Assembly: GCA_964486995.1 (NCBI GenBank)
Contig: CAZAOV010000002.1
Coordinates: 26,559 to 90,558 of the forward strand
Source: an uncultured Gammaproteobacteria bacterium
GTDB taxonomy: Bacteria > Patescibacteriota > Patescibacteriia > SG8-24
DNA length: 64,000 bases
Direction: 5' to 3'
In this document: positions 39,245 to 47,707 of the stretch, piece by piece
Numbering within the stretch: the stretch's first letter is position 1
Layout: each line of letters opens with the position of its first letter
The notes under the pieces: model-generated
Databases searched by the model: none
The model's input: only the letters and a program-made list of their open reading frames with translations
What the model was told of the DNA's origin: nothing
Position numbers and translations under genes: made by a program

Positions 39245-40306
39245 CTAGAACTGATTTAAGAACCTAAAATCGCTCTTGTAGAGCACTCGAATATCATCAA
39301 TCATAATCCCCGACCGCATCATCATTGTTCGCTCCACGCCCCAGCCGAACGCTAGCGCGCTGTACTCTTCTGGATCAACGCCGCCCGCGGTCAGAACGTT
39401 CGGATGCAGTATGCCCGCACCGCCGAGCTCCAGCCAACCTTCTTTGCAGAGTCGGCACTTGCCGCCATGTTCGTTCTTGCCCGAGCCATTGCAGATACCA
39501 CAGCTGATGTCGATTTCAAAACTGGGTTCAGTAAAGCGGAAATGAAACGGTCGCAGTCGCGTGTGGCGACCTTCGCCAAAATATTCGCGCGCAAAATGAT
39601 CCAAAATTCCTTTCAGGTGGGTCACAGATACGTTGCGGTCCACGAGCAAACCCTCGAACTGGTGAAACATCGGCGTGTGAGACACGTCAATCTGCCGCCG
39701 GAAAGTCTTAGAGATGTTCATCATGCGAATCGGCAATTTGCCCTTCTTCAATTCGCGTGCGCTACCCGAAGTGGTGTGCGGCGTCAGCACCATCTTGCCG
39801 AATTTGCCACTCACCGGCGCATCAATAAAAAACGTTTCCCATTCGTCGCGCGCCGGATGGTCGGGCGGCATGTTCAAAGACTCAAACGCATACCAATCCC
39901 ACTCGACTTCCGGATGGCGCACGCGCGTGAAACCGATGCGACTAAAAATATCCACGATGTCGCGCATGGCCTGGGTGACCGGATGCATGTGACCTTCCTC
40001 CGGTGCGATGCCGGGCACGGTCACGTCGATGCTGTCGGTCTCAACGAGCGACGCATATTCAGCTTGGCGCAACTCTCGACGGCGCCTCTCTACGGCCGCG
40101 CGAATTTCTTCTTTGTGCTGATTCGCCAACTGCCCGACTTCTTTACGTTCCTCAGCAGACAACGAGCCCAGTTTCTTCATGGCCTGACTAAACTCGCTCT
40201 TACGACCCAGATGGACAGTTTCGACCTCGTCTAAAGTACGGCTGTCCGTTGCTTCGGACACCGCTTTTAGGATTCGGTCTCGGATTTCATTCAGTTCTTG
40301 TTTCAT
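39245..40306 (-). CDS. pheS: phenylalanine--tRNA ligase alpha subunit
   Basis: Class II core with the FRRQ...HTPMFHQFEGL motifs. Confidence 0.95.
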   Translation of the reverse strand: MKQELNEIRDRILKAVSEATDSRTLDEVETVHLGRKSEFSQAMKKLGSLSAEERKEVGQLANQHKEEIRAAVERRRRELRQAEYASLVETDSIDVTVPGIAPEEGHMHPVTQAMRDIVDIFSRIGFTRVRHPEVEWDWYAFESLNMPPDHPARDEWETFFIDAPVSGKFGKMVLTPHTTSGSARELKKGKLPIRMMNISKTFRRQIDVSHTPMFHQFEGLLVDRNVSVTHLKGILDHFAREYFGEGRHTRLRPFHFRFTEPSFEIDISCGICNGSGKNEHGGKCRLCKEGWLELGGAGILHPNVLTAGGVDPEEYSALAFGWGVERTMMMRSGIMIDDIRVLYKSDFRFLNQF

Positions 40307-40317
40307 AGTCTAGTATC

Positions 40318-40399
40318 GTATCGGCAGAGCTTGTCTCTAGCCATCGTTAATATCTTTTTACTAAATTTCGGTTGGGCAGGGGCGAGCTCTGCCGCTACC
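40318..40399. repeat. family-B palindromic repeat element, copy 2
   Basis: Arms ggcagagcttgtctctagcc and gggcaggggcgagctctgcc. Located 12 nt upstream of the pheS start and 5 nt after the rseP stop. Confidence 0.65.
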
Positions 40400-40403
40400 G
40401 TTT

Positions 40404-41525
40404 CTAGCCAGTGAAAACATTGGTTATCGACTGCATAATACGGTCTCCAAACCGCACCACATCGCCGTAAGTCACTACTAACACGAGCAGCATCAGCAAC
40501 GCAAAGCCAACATTATGGATCATGGCCTCAATCTGACGGCTCACCGCGCGACCCCGAATCTTCTCTATAATAAGGAAGAGCAGGCGGCCACCGTCGAGCG
40601 CCGGGAACGGCAAAATATTTAGAATCCCCAAGTTGATTGATAGCAAAGCTATGAACTGCAGCAAGTGCCGCCAACCGTGCTGAGCCACTTCGCCGGCTAC
40701 GACCGCAATGCCGACCGGTCCGGAAATGTCGGCCGGAGCACCTCCACCGGTGAACAAATCACCGAGAATCGTACCGAAAGCTATCAAAATCTGATACGTG
40801 AACGAGCCGGTCATCCATAGACCTTGAATCGGCGCCATATATACCGGATACGCCACCATGCCAGTCTTCATCAGGCTCACGCCGATTCCGGGTTTACCGG
40901 TTATTTCCAAAATCGCCGGCGCAACCGAAACCTCTACCTGCTCCCCCTCCCTTTCCAGCACCAAATCCATCGGCACGTTACCGCGACTGCCGGTGAGCAA
41001 GGCAAATCCTTCGATATTGGTCATGCGTTCGTCTTCGGCTAGCCAGATGACATCACCTATCTCGATCCCTGCTGCGGCAGCCGGAGTGCCCTCAAGCACG
41101 TTCACCACATGCAACTTCTCTTGGCTCACTGTCGCGTAAGACGGAACCGGCGATTCGTCATCGACAATCTGCGGTAGGCCAAACATATAGCCAATCGAAA
41201 ACAGCACCCAGGCCAAAATAAAATTCATCACCACACCAGCTACGATAACTTGCATGCGCTGCCAGCCGCTCTTAGCGCTGAAACTATCCGAATCTTTGGC
41301 GTTTTCCCCTCCTTCACCTTTGAGGCGTACGAAACCGCCGATTGGAATGGCGTTAATCGACCAAATCATGTCGTTATGTTTTTTGCCCCAGAGCCGAGGC
41401 GGGAAACCAAAGCCGAACTCCTCGACTTTGATACCTGCGCGACGAGCCATAAAAAAATGCCCGCATTCATGCGCGAACACGATTACTGAGAGGACGATAA
41501 CGAAGGTTAAGATGGTGGTGAACAT
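40404..41525 (-). CDS. rseP: RIP metalloprotease RseP-like (M50 site-2 protease)
   Basis: HECGHFFMARRAG (HExxH) in TM1, a PDZ-like middle region, and polytopic topology. Confidence 0.85.
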   Translation of the reverse strand: MFTTILTFVIVLSVIVFAHECGHFFMARRAGIKVEEFGFGFPPRLWGKKHNDMIWSINAIPIGGFVRLKGEGGENAKDSDSFSAKSGWQRMQVIVAGVVMNFILAWVLFSIGYMFGLPQIVDDESPVPSYATVSQEKLHVVNVLEGTPAAAAGIEIGDVIWLAEDERMTNIEGFALLTGSRGNVPMDLVLEREGEQVEVSVAPAILEITGKPGIGVSLMKTGMVAYPVYMAPIQGLWMTGSFTYQILIAFGTILGDLFTGGGAPADISGPVGIAVVAGEVAQHGWRHLLQFIALLSINLGILNILPFPALDGGRLLFLIIEKIRGRAVSRQIEAMIHNVGFALLMLLVLVVTYGDVVRFGDRIMQSITNVFTG

Positions 41526-41572
41526 AGGTTGGGGTGGGAATTATTTATGGTGTGGGGGATATAGGGTTGTCG

Positions 41573-41680
41573 GGGTGTAGAGGTATAGAGGTGTAGAGGT
41601 GTAGGAGATCCGCACACTCACGAAAAACGCCTAGTGCAAATGAGGGGGTCTCCTACGCCTCTGCTTCTACACTTCTATAC
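41573..41680. repeat. family-A palindromic repeat element, copy 2
   Basis: Left arm gtgtagaggtatagaggtgtagaggtgtaggagatcc, a core containing ctagtgcaaatga, then inverted units. Confidence 0.7.
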
Positions 41681-41683
41681 TTT

Positions 41684-42520
41684 TTACCCGACCGCAGCAG
41701 CGCGCACGTTTACTTCGCTGCCGAGCCATTCCTGGGCGAGCGCGACGAATTGTTCTGTGCGGTCGCTGACATAGAACTGATGTTGGCCACGGGTACGCAA
41801 CGAAGCGTCTAGTTCTGGATGCTGCTGAAGATACGCGGCGAGTTCAGCCACTGCATCATGCGCCGGGTCAACCAGGGTGACGCTCTCCCCCATCGCCTGA
41901 CCGATAACGGTACGCAGGAACGGATAGTGCGTACAGCCCAGAATAAGCGTATCTATACGTGATAGTTGTAGCGGGCGCAAGTATTCTCTGGCAATCGACG
42001 CGGTTTCTTTGCGGGCGGCCCAACCTTCCTCAACGAGTGGTACAAACAATGGACAGGGCGTCGAAAAAACTTTGGTCCGCGGAGCGAGTCGTTTCATCTT
42101 GCGTTCATAGATGCCGGAACCGACCGTGCCACGAGTGCCGACCACACCAACATGCCCTTTGGTGACCGCAGCCGCGCGCTTTACCGCTGGCATTACTACC
42201 TCGAACACCGGCACGTCAACGTTGCGACGCAAGGTCTCGACGCCGTGCGCGGACACGGTGTTGCAGGCGACCATGATAACTTTTGCGCCTTTGTCGAGCA
42301 AAAACTCCGCATTCTCCAGCGCATATTTTTGAATCAGCTCGCGGCTCTTGATGCCATAGGGAGTGCGTGCAGTATCGCCAAAATAAACCACCCGGCGACC
42401 GGGTAGTTGTCTTAGCACTTCCTTAGCGACGGTCAGGCCTCCGAGACCTGAGTCAAATATACCTATCATATTGCGCTGAAATTGCCCTTCAATAATGGCA
42501 GTTTGGGAGCTAAGAATCAA
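41684..42520 (-). CDS. murI: glutamate racemase
   Basis: IGIFDSGLGGLTV and GCTHYP motifs. Confidence 0.9.
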   Translation of the reverse strand: MILSSQTAIIEGQFQRNMIGIFDSGLGGLTVAKEVLRQLPGRRVVYFGDTARTPYGIKSRELIQKYALENAEFLLDKGAKVIMVACNTVSAHGVETLRRNVDVPVFEVVMPAVKRAAAVTKGHVGVVGTRGTVGSGIYERKMKRLAPRTKVFSTPCPLFVPLVEEGWAARKETASIAREYLRPLQLSRIDTLILGCTHYPFLRTVIGQAMGESVTLVDPAHDAVAELAAYLQQHPELDASLRTRGQHQFYVSDRTEQFVALAQEWLGSEVNVRAAAVG

Positions 42521-42545
42521 GGGTTAAGAGTTGGGGTGTTTTAAG

Positions 42546-42643
42546 AGTATAGAAGTATAGGAGTGTAGGGGTGTAGGATACTCGCTCATTTGCACTAGAC
42601 GTCATGCGTAAGCGGGTCTACTACACTTCCATGCTTCTACGAG
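42546..42643. repeat. family-A palindromic repeat element, copy 3 (inverted relative to copy 2)
   Basis: Its core tcatttgcactag is the reverse complement of ctagtgcaaatga in copy 2. The two copies bracket murI. Confidence 0.7.
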
Positions 42644-42689
42644 GTATCGGACATTTCGTGTGGGTAAATAGTCTCTTTTTCTTCTAGTT

Positions 42690-43750
42690 CTAGCGCGTTT
42701 CTGGAACATTTATGGTCATATGACCATAAATGGAAGCAAAAAGAGGTGCGACAAGTGCGGCAAACCCATGCAGCGATGGGGTCAAACCAAGACCGGAAAG
42801 CAGCGCTGGAAATGCAGACCCTGTTCCAAGACCGGCACGAGAGTCAGGCACGATGTGACCGCCGGACATAGGCAACGCCTGTTTCTGAACTGGGTGCGCA
42901 GCAAGGAGTCCGTGGCCGACACGGCAAGGAAGGCAGGTGTGACCGCACGAACCGCGCACCGCTGGTTCGCCCCGTTCTGGAAAGCCCCGCCGCGGACCTG
43001 CAGCCGAATCGCTGCACGCATCCTCGTTGTCGACGCGGTGTCGGTCGTGAAGCACGAGGCGGTGGCGCTGCTCGCCGGCGACCCCGGACCTCCGGAACCG
43101 GTCGGCTGGGAGTTCGCCGCGCGCGAGTGCCACGAGTCCTGGCGGTCGTTCTTCCTCGGCCTTCGCAGCCGCGGGGCGGACCCCGGGTTCGTGGTCTGCG
43201 ACGGCCAGAAGGGCCTGCTCAAGGCGGCCCGGGAAGTCTTTCCACATGCGGCGGTCCAGCGTTGCGTTGTCCACGTGCACCGCCTGGCCATGGCCTGGCT
43301 GATGCGAAAACCGAAAACCGCGGCGGGCCGCGAGCTGCGGCCAATCGTCTCCGCGCTGCTCCTGGTGCGCACGCCGGAAGATCAGGACACATGGCTGGAG
43401 TCACTGCGCTCGCGGGAAATCAGGCACGCCGAGTTCCTGAAGGAGAGGACGTACGGCGAGAACGGATGGTGGTACACGCACCGGAAGCTGAGGGCGGTCA
43501 GGTCGCTGCTGCGCAACGCCGCACCCGACCTGTTCCGCTACGTCGACGACCCTCCGGTGCCGAGGACCTCGAACCACGTCGAGGGAGGGCTGAACAGCCG
43601 AATCAAGGAGCTGCTGCGCTCGCATCGGGGGATATCAAAAAGCCAGCGCATGGCGCTGGTGTGCTGGTACCTGGAGTCGAGACGGGAGGAGAAAAAACCC
43701 CACACGAAATGTCCGATAGCTCGTTTTGCCATACGCTTCTTATGATGCAC
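42690..43750 (+). mobile_element. IS1-family insertion sequence (limits approximate), anomalously GC-rich
   Basis: Segment of about 68-70% GC inside roughly 52% GC DNA. Encodes a fused zinc-ribbon/HTH/DDE transposase. Terminal inverted repeats could not be defined by eye. Confidence 0.55.
42720..43745 (+). CDS. IS1-family transposase (fused InsAB-like single ORF)
   Basis: N-terminal CxxC...CxxC zinc ribbon and HTH. FVVCDGQKGL matches the IS1 MTDGWPLY region. SNHVEGGLNSRIKELLRSHRGISKS matches the IS1 [24 protein letters not shown] region. Confidence 0.7.
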   Translation: MTINGSKKRCDKCGKPMQRWGQTKTGKQRWKCRPCSKTGTRVRHDVTAGHRQRLFLNWVRSKESVADTARKAGVTARTAHRWFAPFWKAPPRTCSRIAARILVVDAVSVVKHEAVALLAGDPGPPEPVGWEFAARECHESWRSFFLGLRSRGADPGFVVCDGQKGLLKAAREVFPHAAVQRCVVHVHRLAMAWLMRKPKTAAGRELRPIVSALLLVRTPEDQDTWLESLRSREIRHAEFLKERTYGENGWWYTHRKLRAVRSLLRNAAPDLFRYVDDPPVPRTSNHVEGGLNSRIKELLRSHRGISKSQRMALVCWYLESRREEKKPHTKCPIARFAIRFL

Positions 43751-43912
43751 TCTCCATGGGAAGCGTGTCTAGTATATGGGGTACAGTCCAATACCATTTT
43801 TTCACGTCATTGACAACGCAGTATACATATTATCCACAATTCAAACCTGTTTTGATTTGTGGATAAAAAAACCCGCTAATCACGGATATTTATTGTCTCG
43901 ACCACCTAAATT

Positions 43913-44140
43913 CTATCGAAAATATGCATCTACCGGTACACGGGAAAAGAAAGTATAAGCCACCACCCCTAGTACCACCAGAACGTGCAAAACCCTTTTC
44001 CCGGTTTTCACCATGCTAATCTTTGGCTTTTTGCTGGCGGACGCGGCCACATGACGGGCGGCTTCACAGCAGTTTTGTTTTCGCATTTTGTTTCCTTCTA
44101 GATGTCTATTTTCATTATACCAAGTTATCCACATATCCAC
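43913..44140 (-). CDS. doubtful small ORF inside the DnaA-box region
   Basis: 75-aa ORF with one hydrophobic segment. No RBS, and it overlaps the DnaA boxes. Confidence 0.15.
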   Translation of the reverse strand: MDMWITWYNENRHLEGNKMRKQNCCEAARHVAASASKKPKISMVKTGKRVLHVLVVLGVVAYTFFSRVPVDAYFR

Positions 44141-44220
44141 AAGTATCTAACCTATGATGATATTTTATAAAAAAGGTCAATACCCCTAGTAAATAATTGA
44201 TTATTGCTCTGTAGATAAAC

Positions 44221-44251
44221 AAAAACTCCGCTTTTTAAAGACGGAGTTTTT
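44221..44251. terminator. rho-independent terminator hairpin (aaaaactccg-ctttttaaaga-cggagttttt)
   Basis: Perfect 10-bp stem with flanking A/T runs, downstream of the mutase gene. Confidence 0.6.
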
Positions 44252-44278
44252 GATCCAATTTAGTAGTTATCCACAACC

Positions 44279-45652
44279 TTATCCACGAATGATTTTTAGC
44301 AGTTCATCGCGATGTATTTTCATATTTTCCTCATCCTTGGCTTCCAGATTCAGTCGGATTTTAGGTTCCGTATTCGATGCCCGAACACTGAACCACCAGT
44401 CCCCTTCCGGCTGTTCTGGATTCATGAATTCCATGCGTACACCGTCGATTCTAATCACGTTTGAGGCCTCACCTGCATACTTTTCCTCGAGCGCCTTAAA
44501 TACTGCTTCTTTATCTGCGACTTCGGAGTTAATCTCACCAGAATGAAAATACCGTAGAAGGGGCGCCACGAGTTCAGATAACGGCTTCCCGGTCTCGGAA
44601 ATAAGCTGCATAAACAACAACATCACATAATCAGAGGATTCCGCACCACAAAACTCACGGAAATAAAAATGATTAGACAGCTCACCAGCAAAAACAGCGT
44701 TAACTTCGCGCATATGAGGCTTAATCAAGCCATGTCCAACGCGAGTCATAACCGGCTTTCCTCCAGCCGCCTCAATCTCCTCAACCGTGGCCATGCTCTC
44801 GCGAACATCATACAAAACAGCTTCACCCTGATTATCACGCAACACTTCGCTAGCAATCAAAGCCGTAATAAAATCGCCGCGCACGGTCTTGCCTTTCTCA
44901 TCGACCAATCCGATTCGATCTCCGTCACCATCAAAAGCCACGCCCAAATCCGCACCAGAATCAACCACTTTCAGCTTTAGTGCATCTAACGTCTTCTCCT
45001 TGAGCGGATTTGCCTCGTGGTTCGGAAACGTGCCGTCCAGCTCCCGGTAAAGCACCTCGTATTCACAGCCGGCAATCTTTGACAGCACGTCATCGATAAT
45101 AATTCCCTCCATGCCATTTCCGGTATCTACCACCACTTTCATCGGTTTTATTTTGCTCACGTCAGCGTCGGAAAACAGCTTCTTTAAATAATCATCTCGG
45201 ATATTTTTTTCGCTCAATGAGCCATTATTTTCAACCGGCTCATATGGACCGGCCAACGCCAAATCGCGTATGTCATCCATGCCATTTGAACCACCAATCG
45301 GCAACGCATCACCGAGACAAATCTTTACGCCATTATATTCGCTCGGGTTGTGCGAGGCTGTCACCATCACCCCGGCTTCGTGCTCCGCATACTGGCAAGC
45401 CGCAAAATAAATCATCGGCGTGGTAACCATGCCAACATCAACCACATCGCTTCCCTGCGACATGATTCCTTTGGCGAGTGCTTCGAACAGCTCCGGCGTA
45501 GTCGAGCGCATGTCTTTTCCGACCGCAATCACCTTGGCATCGGTGAATTTAACGATTGCTTGGCCAATGCGATAAGCACCATCAGTATCAAGCTGCTCGG
45601 GAGATAAACCTCGGATATCGTAGGCTTTAAAGATAGAACCGTCTAAAGGCAT
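44279..45652 (-). CDS. phosphomannomutase/phosphoglucomutase (alpha-D-phosphohexomutase family)
   Basis: Active-site loop TASHNPSEYNGVK, metal-binding DGDGDR, and sugar-binding loop. Confidence 0.9.
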   Translation of the reverse strand: MPLDGSIFKAYDIRGLSPEQLDTDGAYRIGQAIVKFTDAKVIAVGKDMRSTTPELFEALAKGIMSQGSDVVDVGMVTTPMIYFAACQYAEHEAGVMVTASHNPSEYNGVKICLGDALPIGGSNGMDDIRDLALAGPYEPVENNGSLSEKNIRDDYLKKLFSDADVSKIKPMKVVVDTGNGMEGIIIDDVLSKIAGCEYEVLYRELDGTFPNHEANPLKEKTLDALKLKVVDSGADLGVAFDGDGDRIGLVDEKGKTVRGDFITALIASEVLRDNQGEAVLYDVRESMATVEEIEAAGGKPVMTRVGHGLIKPHMREVNAVFAGELSNHFYFREFCGAESSDYVMLLFMQLISETGKPLSELVAPLLRYFHSGEINSEVADKEAVFKALEEKYAGEASNVIRIDGVRMEFMNPEQPEGDWWFSVRASNTEPKIRLNLEAKDEENMKIHRDELLKIIRG

Positions 45653-45979
45653 ATACGTTGGTGGTTAATTGCGATTTTTCTAATTTAACTGGTTGGAGGG
45701 ATGGAGGCGCAAAAAAAATATAAAGCATATAAGGACAGTAGAGCTGGCGGATAAATGAAGACGCTCTGCCGCCCTTCTGCTCCCAGACACTTGTAAACTA
45801 TACACCCCTCACCACCAGACTGAATCTCTGGGGGTAACTAGACTTGACGCAAAATCCAAAATTCGCCTAAATTATCCCCATTTTTCGTTGACTTTAGCCT
45901 TATTTTTACCTATAATGAAGGTAGGTATAAGTGTAATCACTAAACTGCGGCTAGGCAAATTTTCGTTTATTGAGCGAAG

Positions 45980-46570
45980 TTGCGCCGCATCATGAAATTA
46001 TATATGACCGGACTAACAATAGCTGCCGCGGTCGTTCTCGGCCTCATCCTAATCTTGGCAGTGTGGATAATAGCTGTTTACAACAGTTTAATCACACTAC
46101 GTAACCGCACGGACGAAGCCTGGTCCGATATCGACGTTCAGCTCAAACGCCGTTATGACCTGATTCCAAATCTGGTTGAGACCGTTAAGGGTTACGCCTC
46201 ACACGAACGCGAAACCCTGGAGAAAGTCACCCAAGCTCGCAATATGGCGATGAGTGCGGAAGGCAAACACGATAAGGCCGAAGCTGAAAATATGCTTTCC
46301 CAAACTCTGAAATCTTTGTTCGCGGTAGCTGAGAACTACCCGGACCTGAAGGCGTCACAGAACTTCCTCCAACTGCAGGATGACCTGAAAGATACCGAGG
46401 ATAAAATACAAGCTGCGCGCCGTTTCTATAACGCAAACGTCCGGGACTTCAACACAAAGATACAGATTTTCCCAAATAACGTTATCGCCGGTCAGCTAAA
46501 TTTCGAAAAATACGAGTTCTTCGAAATTGAGAACGAAAAGGAGCGCGAGAATGTACAAGTAAAGTTCTAG
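45980..46570 (+). CDS. lemA: LemA family protein
   Basis: N-terminal TM plus a LemA core ([31 protein letters not shown]...YNANVRDFN). Confidence 0.85.
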   Translation: MRRIMKLYMTGLTIAAAVVLGLILILAVWIIAVYNSLITLRNRTDEAWSDIDVQLKRRYDLIPNLVETVKGYASHERETLEKVTQARNMAMSAEGKHDKAEAENMLSQTLKSLFAVAENYPDLKASQNFLQLQDDLKDTEDKIQAARRFYNANVRDFNTKIQIFPNNVIAGQLNFEKYEFFEIENEKERENVQVKF

Positions 46571-46576
46571 ATTTCA

Positions 46577-46656
46577 TGTAGCGGCAGGGCTTGCTCCTGC
46601 TTATTGAGCCGAGTTCGCGCTTGCAACCGAAAGCAGGGGCAAGCCCTGCCGCTACG
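46577..46656. repeat. family-B palindromic repeat element, copy 3
   Basis: Arms gcggcagggcttgctcctgc and gcaggggcaagccctgccgc. Located 10 nt upstream of the htpX start. Confidence 0.65.
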
Positions 46657-46665
46657 AATCTGACT

Positions 46666-47556
46666 ATGACAACTTACGACTTCATATCATCGAACAAGCA
46701 GAAGTCGGTCCTGCTAATAATCGTATTCACGGTATTGGTCGTTGCAGTTGGTGCGCTAGTTGATCGTATGTACGGCGGCGGCGGATTTATTCTAGCGATT
46801 GCGATTGGTTACTCGCTGTTCAGTTCGCTGATTGGATTCTACTCGGGAGACAAAGTCGCACTGGCAGTGTCTGGCGCAAAAGAAATCAGCGAAGCCGACA
46901 ACCCGTACTTGTATCGAATGGTTCAAAATCTTTGCATCAGCGTCGGCATGCCGATGCCTAAGCTGCACGTGATGGATGATCCGGCGATAAACGCTTTTGC
47001 CACTGGACGCGACCCGGAGCACTCGTCGATTGCGGTGACGACCGGGGCGCTACAGCACCTGGAAAACGAAGAACTGGAGGGTGTGCTGGCACATGAGCTG
47101 TCGCATATAAAAAACTACGACATTCGAGTGATGACTCTGGTGATGGTATTGGCGGGAACGATTGCGATTATTGCTGACTTGGCGTTGCGCTCGTTCATCT
47201 GGGGTGGTGGTCGCCGCAAACGCGAAGGCGGCGGAGCGCTCCTGATAGTTGGGCTGATCCTGATGATAATCGCGCCGATTGTGGCGCAACTCATAAAACT
47301 GGCCGTTTCCAGAAAGCGCGAGTATCTAGCCGACGCATCAGGGGCACTAATGACCAGGTTTCCAGAAGGGCTGGCGCGAGCGCTAGAAAAAATCAGCGCG
47401 CAAAATCAACCGATGAAAAAAGCTTCCGGGGCAACGGCACATCTGTTCATAGCGAATCCGTTCCGCGGAAAATCGATGGCTTCGTTCTTCGGAACGCATC
47501 CACCGGTAGAAAAACGCATTCAAGCCCTGCGAAAAATGGCGGGGACAGGAATATAA
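46666..47556 (+). CDS. htpX: protease HtpX (M48 family zinc metalloprotease)
   Basis: HELSHIKNYD (HExxH), N-terminal TM helices, and lemA-htpX synteny. The start MTTYDF was chosen because the repeat occupies the upstream part of the ORF-track call. Confidence 0.9.
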   Translation: MTTYDFISSNKQKSVLLIIVFTVLVVAVGALVDRMYGGGGFILAIAIGYSLFSSLIGFYSGDKVALAVSGAKEISEADNPYLYRMVQNLCISVGMPMPKLHVMDDPAINAFATGRDPEHSSIAVTTGALQHLENEELEGVLAHELSHIKNYDIRVMTLVMVLAGTIAIIADLALRSFIWGGGRRKREGGGALLIVGLILMIIAPIVAQLIKLAVSRKREYLADASGALMTRFPEGLARALEKISAQNQPMKKASGATAHLFIANPFRGKSMASFFGTHPPVEKRIQALRKMAGTGI

Positions 47557-47573
47557 CTAAAACGTATAGAAGT

Positions 47574-47673
47574 GTAGGAGTGTAGGGGTGTAGAAGACCA
47601 GCCCACTTACGAATGACGCCCAACGTAAGCGAGCGGGTCTTCTACACTTCTACACCTCTAAACTTCTACACTC
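47574..47673. repeat. family-A palindromic repeat element, copy 4
   Basis: gtatagaagtgtaggagtgtaggggtgtagaagacc ... core acgtaagcgagcgggtcttctacac ... inverted units. Confidence 0.7.
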
Positions 47674-47707
47674 AAAAACAAAAAATAAAAATAAGGGGTC
47701 AAACTAT

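Larger units (their letters stand above)
43830..44287. promoter_or_regulatory. cluster of six DnaA boxes plus an AT-rich tract: candidate oriC or DnaA-regulated region
   Basis: Perfect TTATCCACA at 43830-38, 44125-33 and 44267-75. Perfect reverse box TGTGGATAA at 43858-66. 8/9 matches at 44133-41 and 44279-87. AT-rich stretch at 44150-44220. Confidence 0.45.

Noticed and set aside
42690-43813. Several long ORFs on both strands within the transposase region (42690..43280 -, 42782..43372 -, 43127..43813 +, 43401..43625 -)
   Set aside because: They are high-GC shadow frames of the IS1-family transposase gene. Stop codons are rare in about 70% GC DNA. None has an RBS or a recognisable domain.
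43776-43958. 60-aa plus-strand ORF between the IS and the DnaA-box region
   Set aside because: It lies in the AT-rich, DnaA-box-containing, probably regulatory region. There is no RBS.
46591-46665. ORF-track N-terminal extensions of htpX (from 46591) and of the DsbA-like gene (from 52282)
   Set aside because: The extensions are encoded by family-B palindromic repeat elements. Internal Met starts (46666, 52348) give proteins with the expected N-terminal TM or signal sequences.
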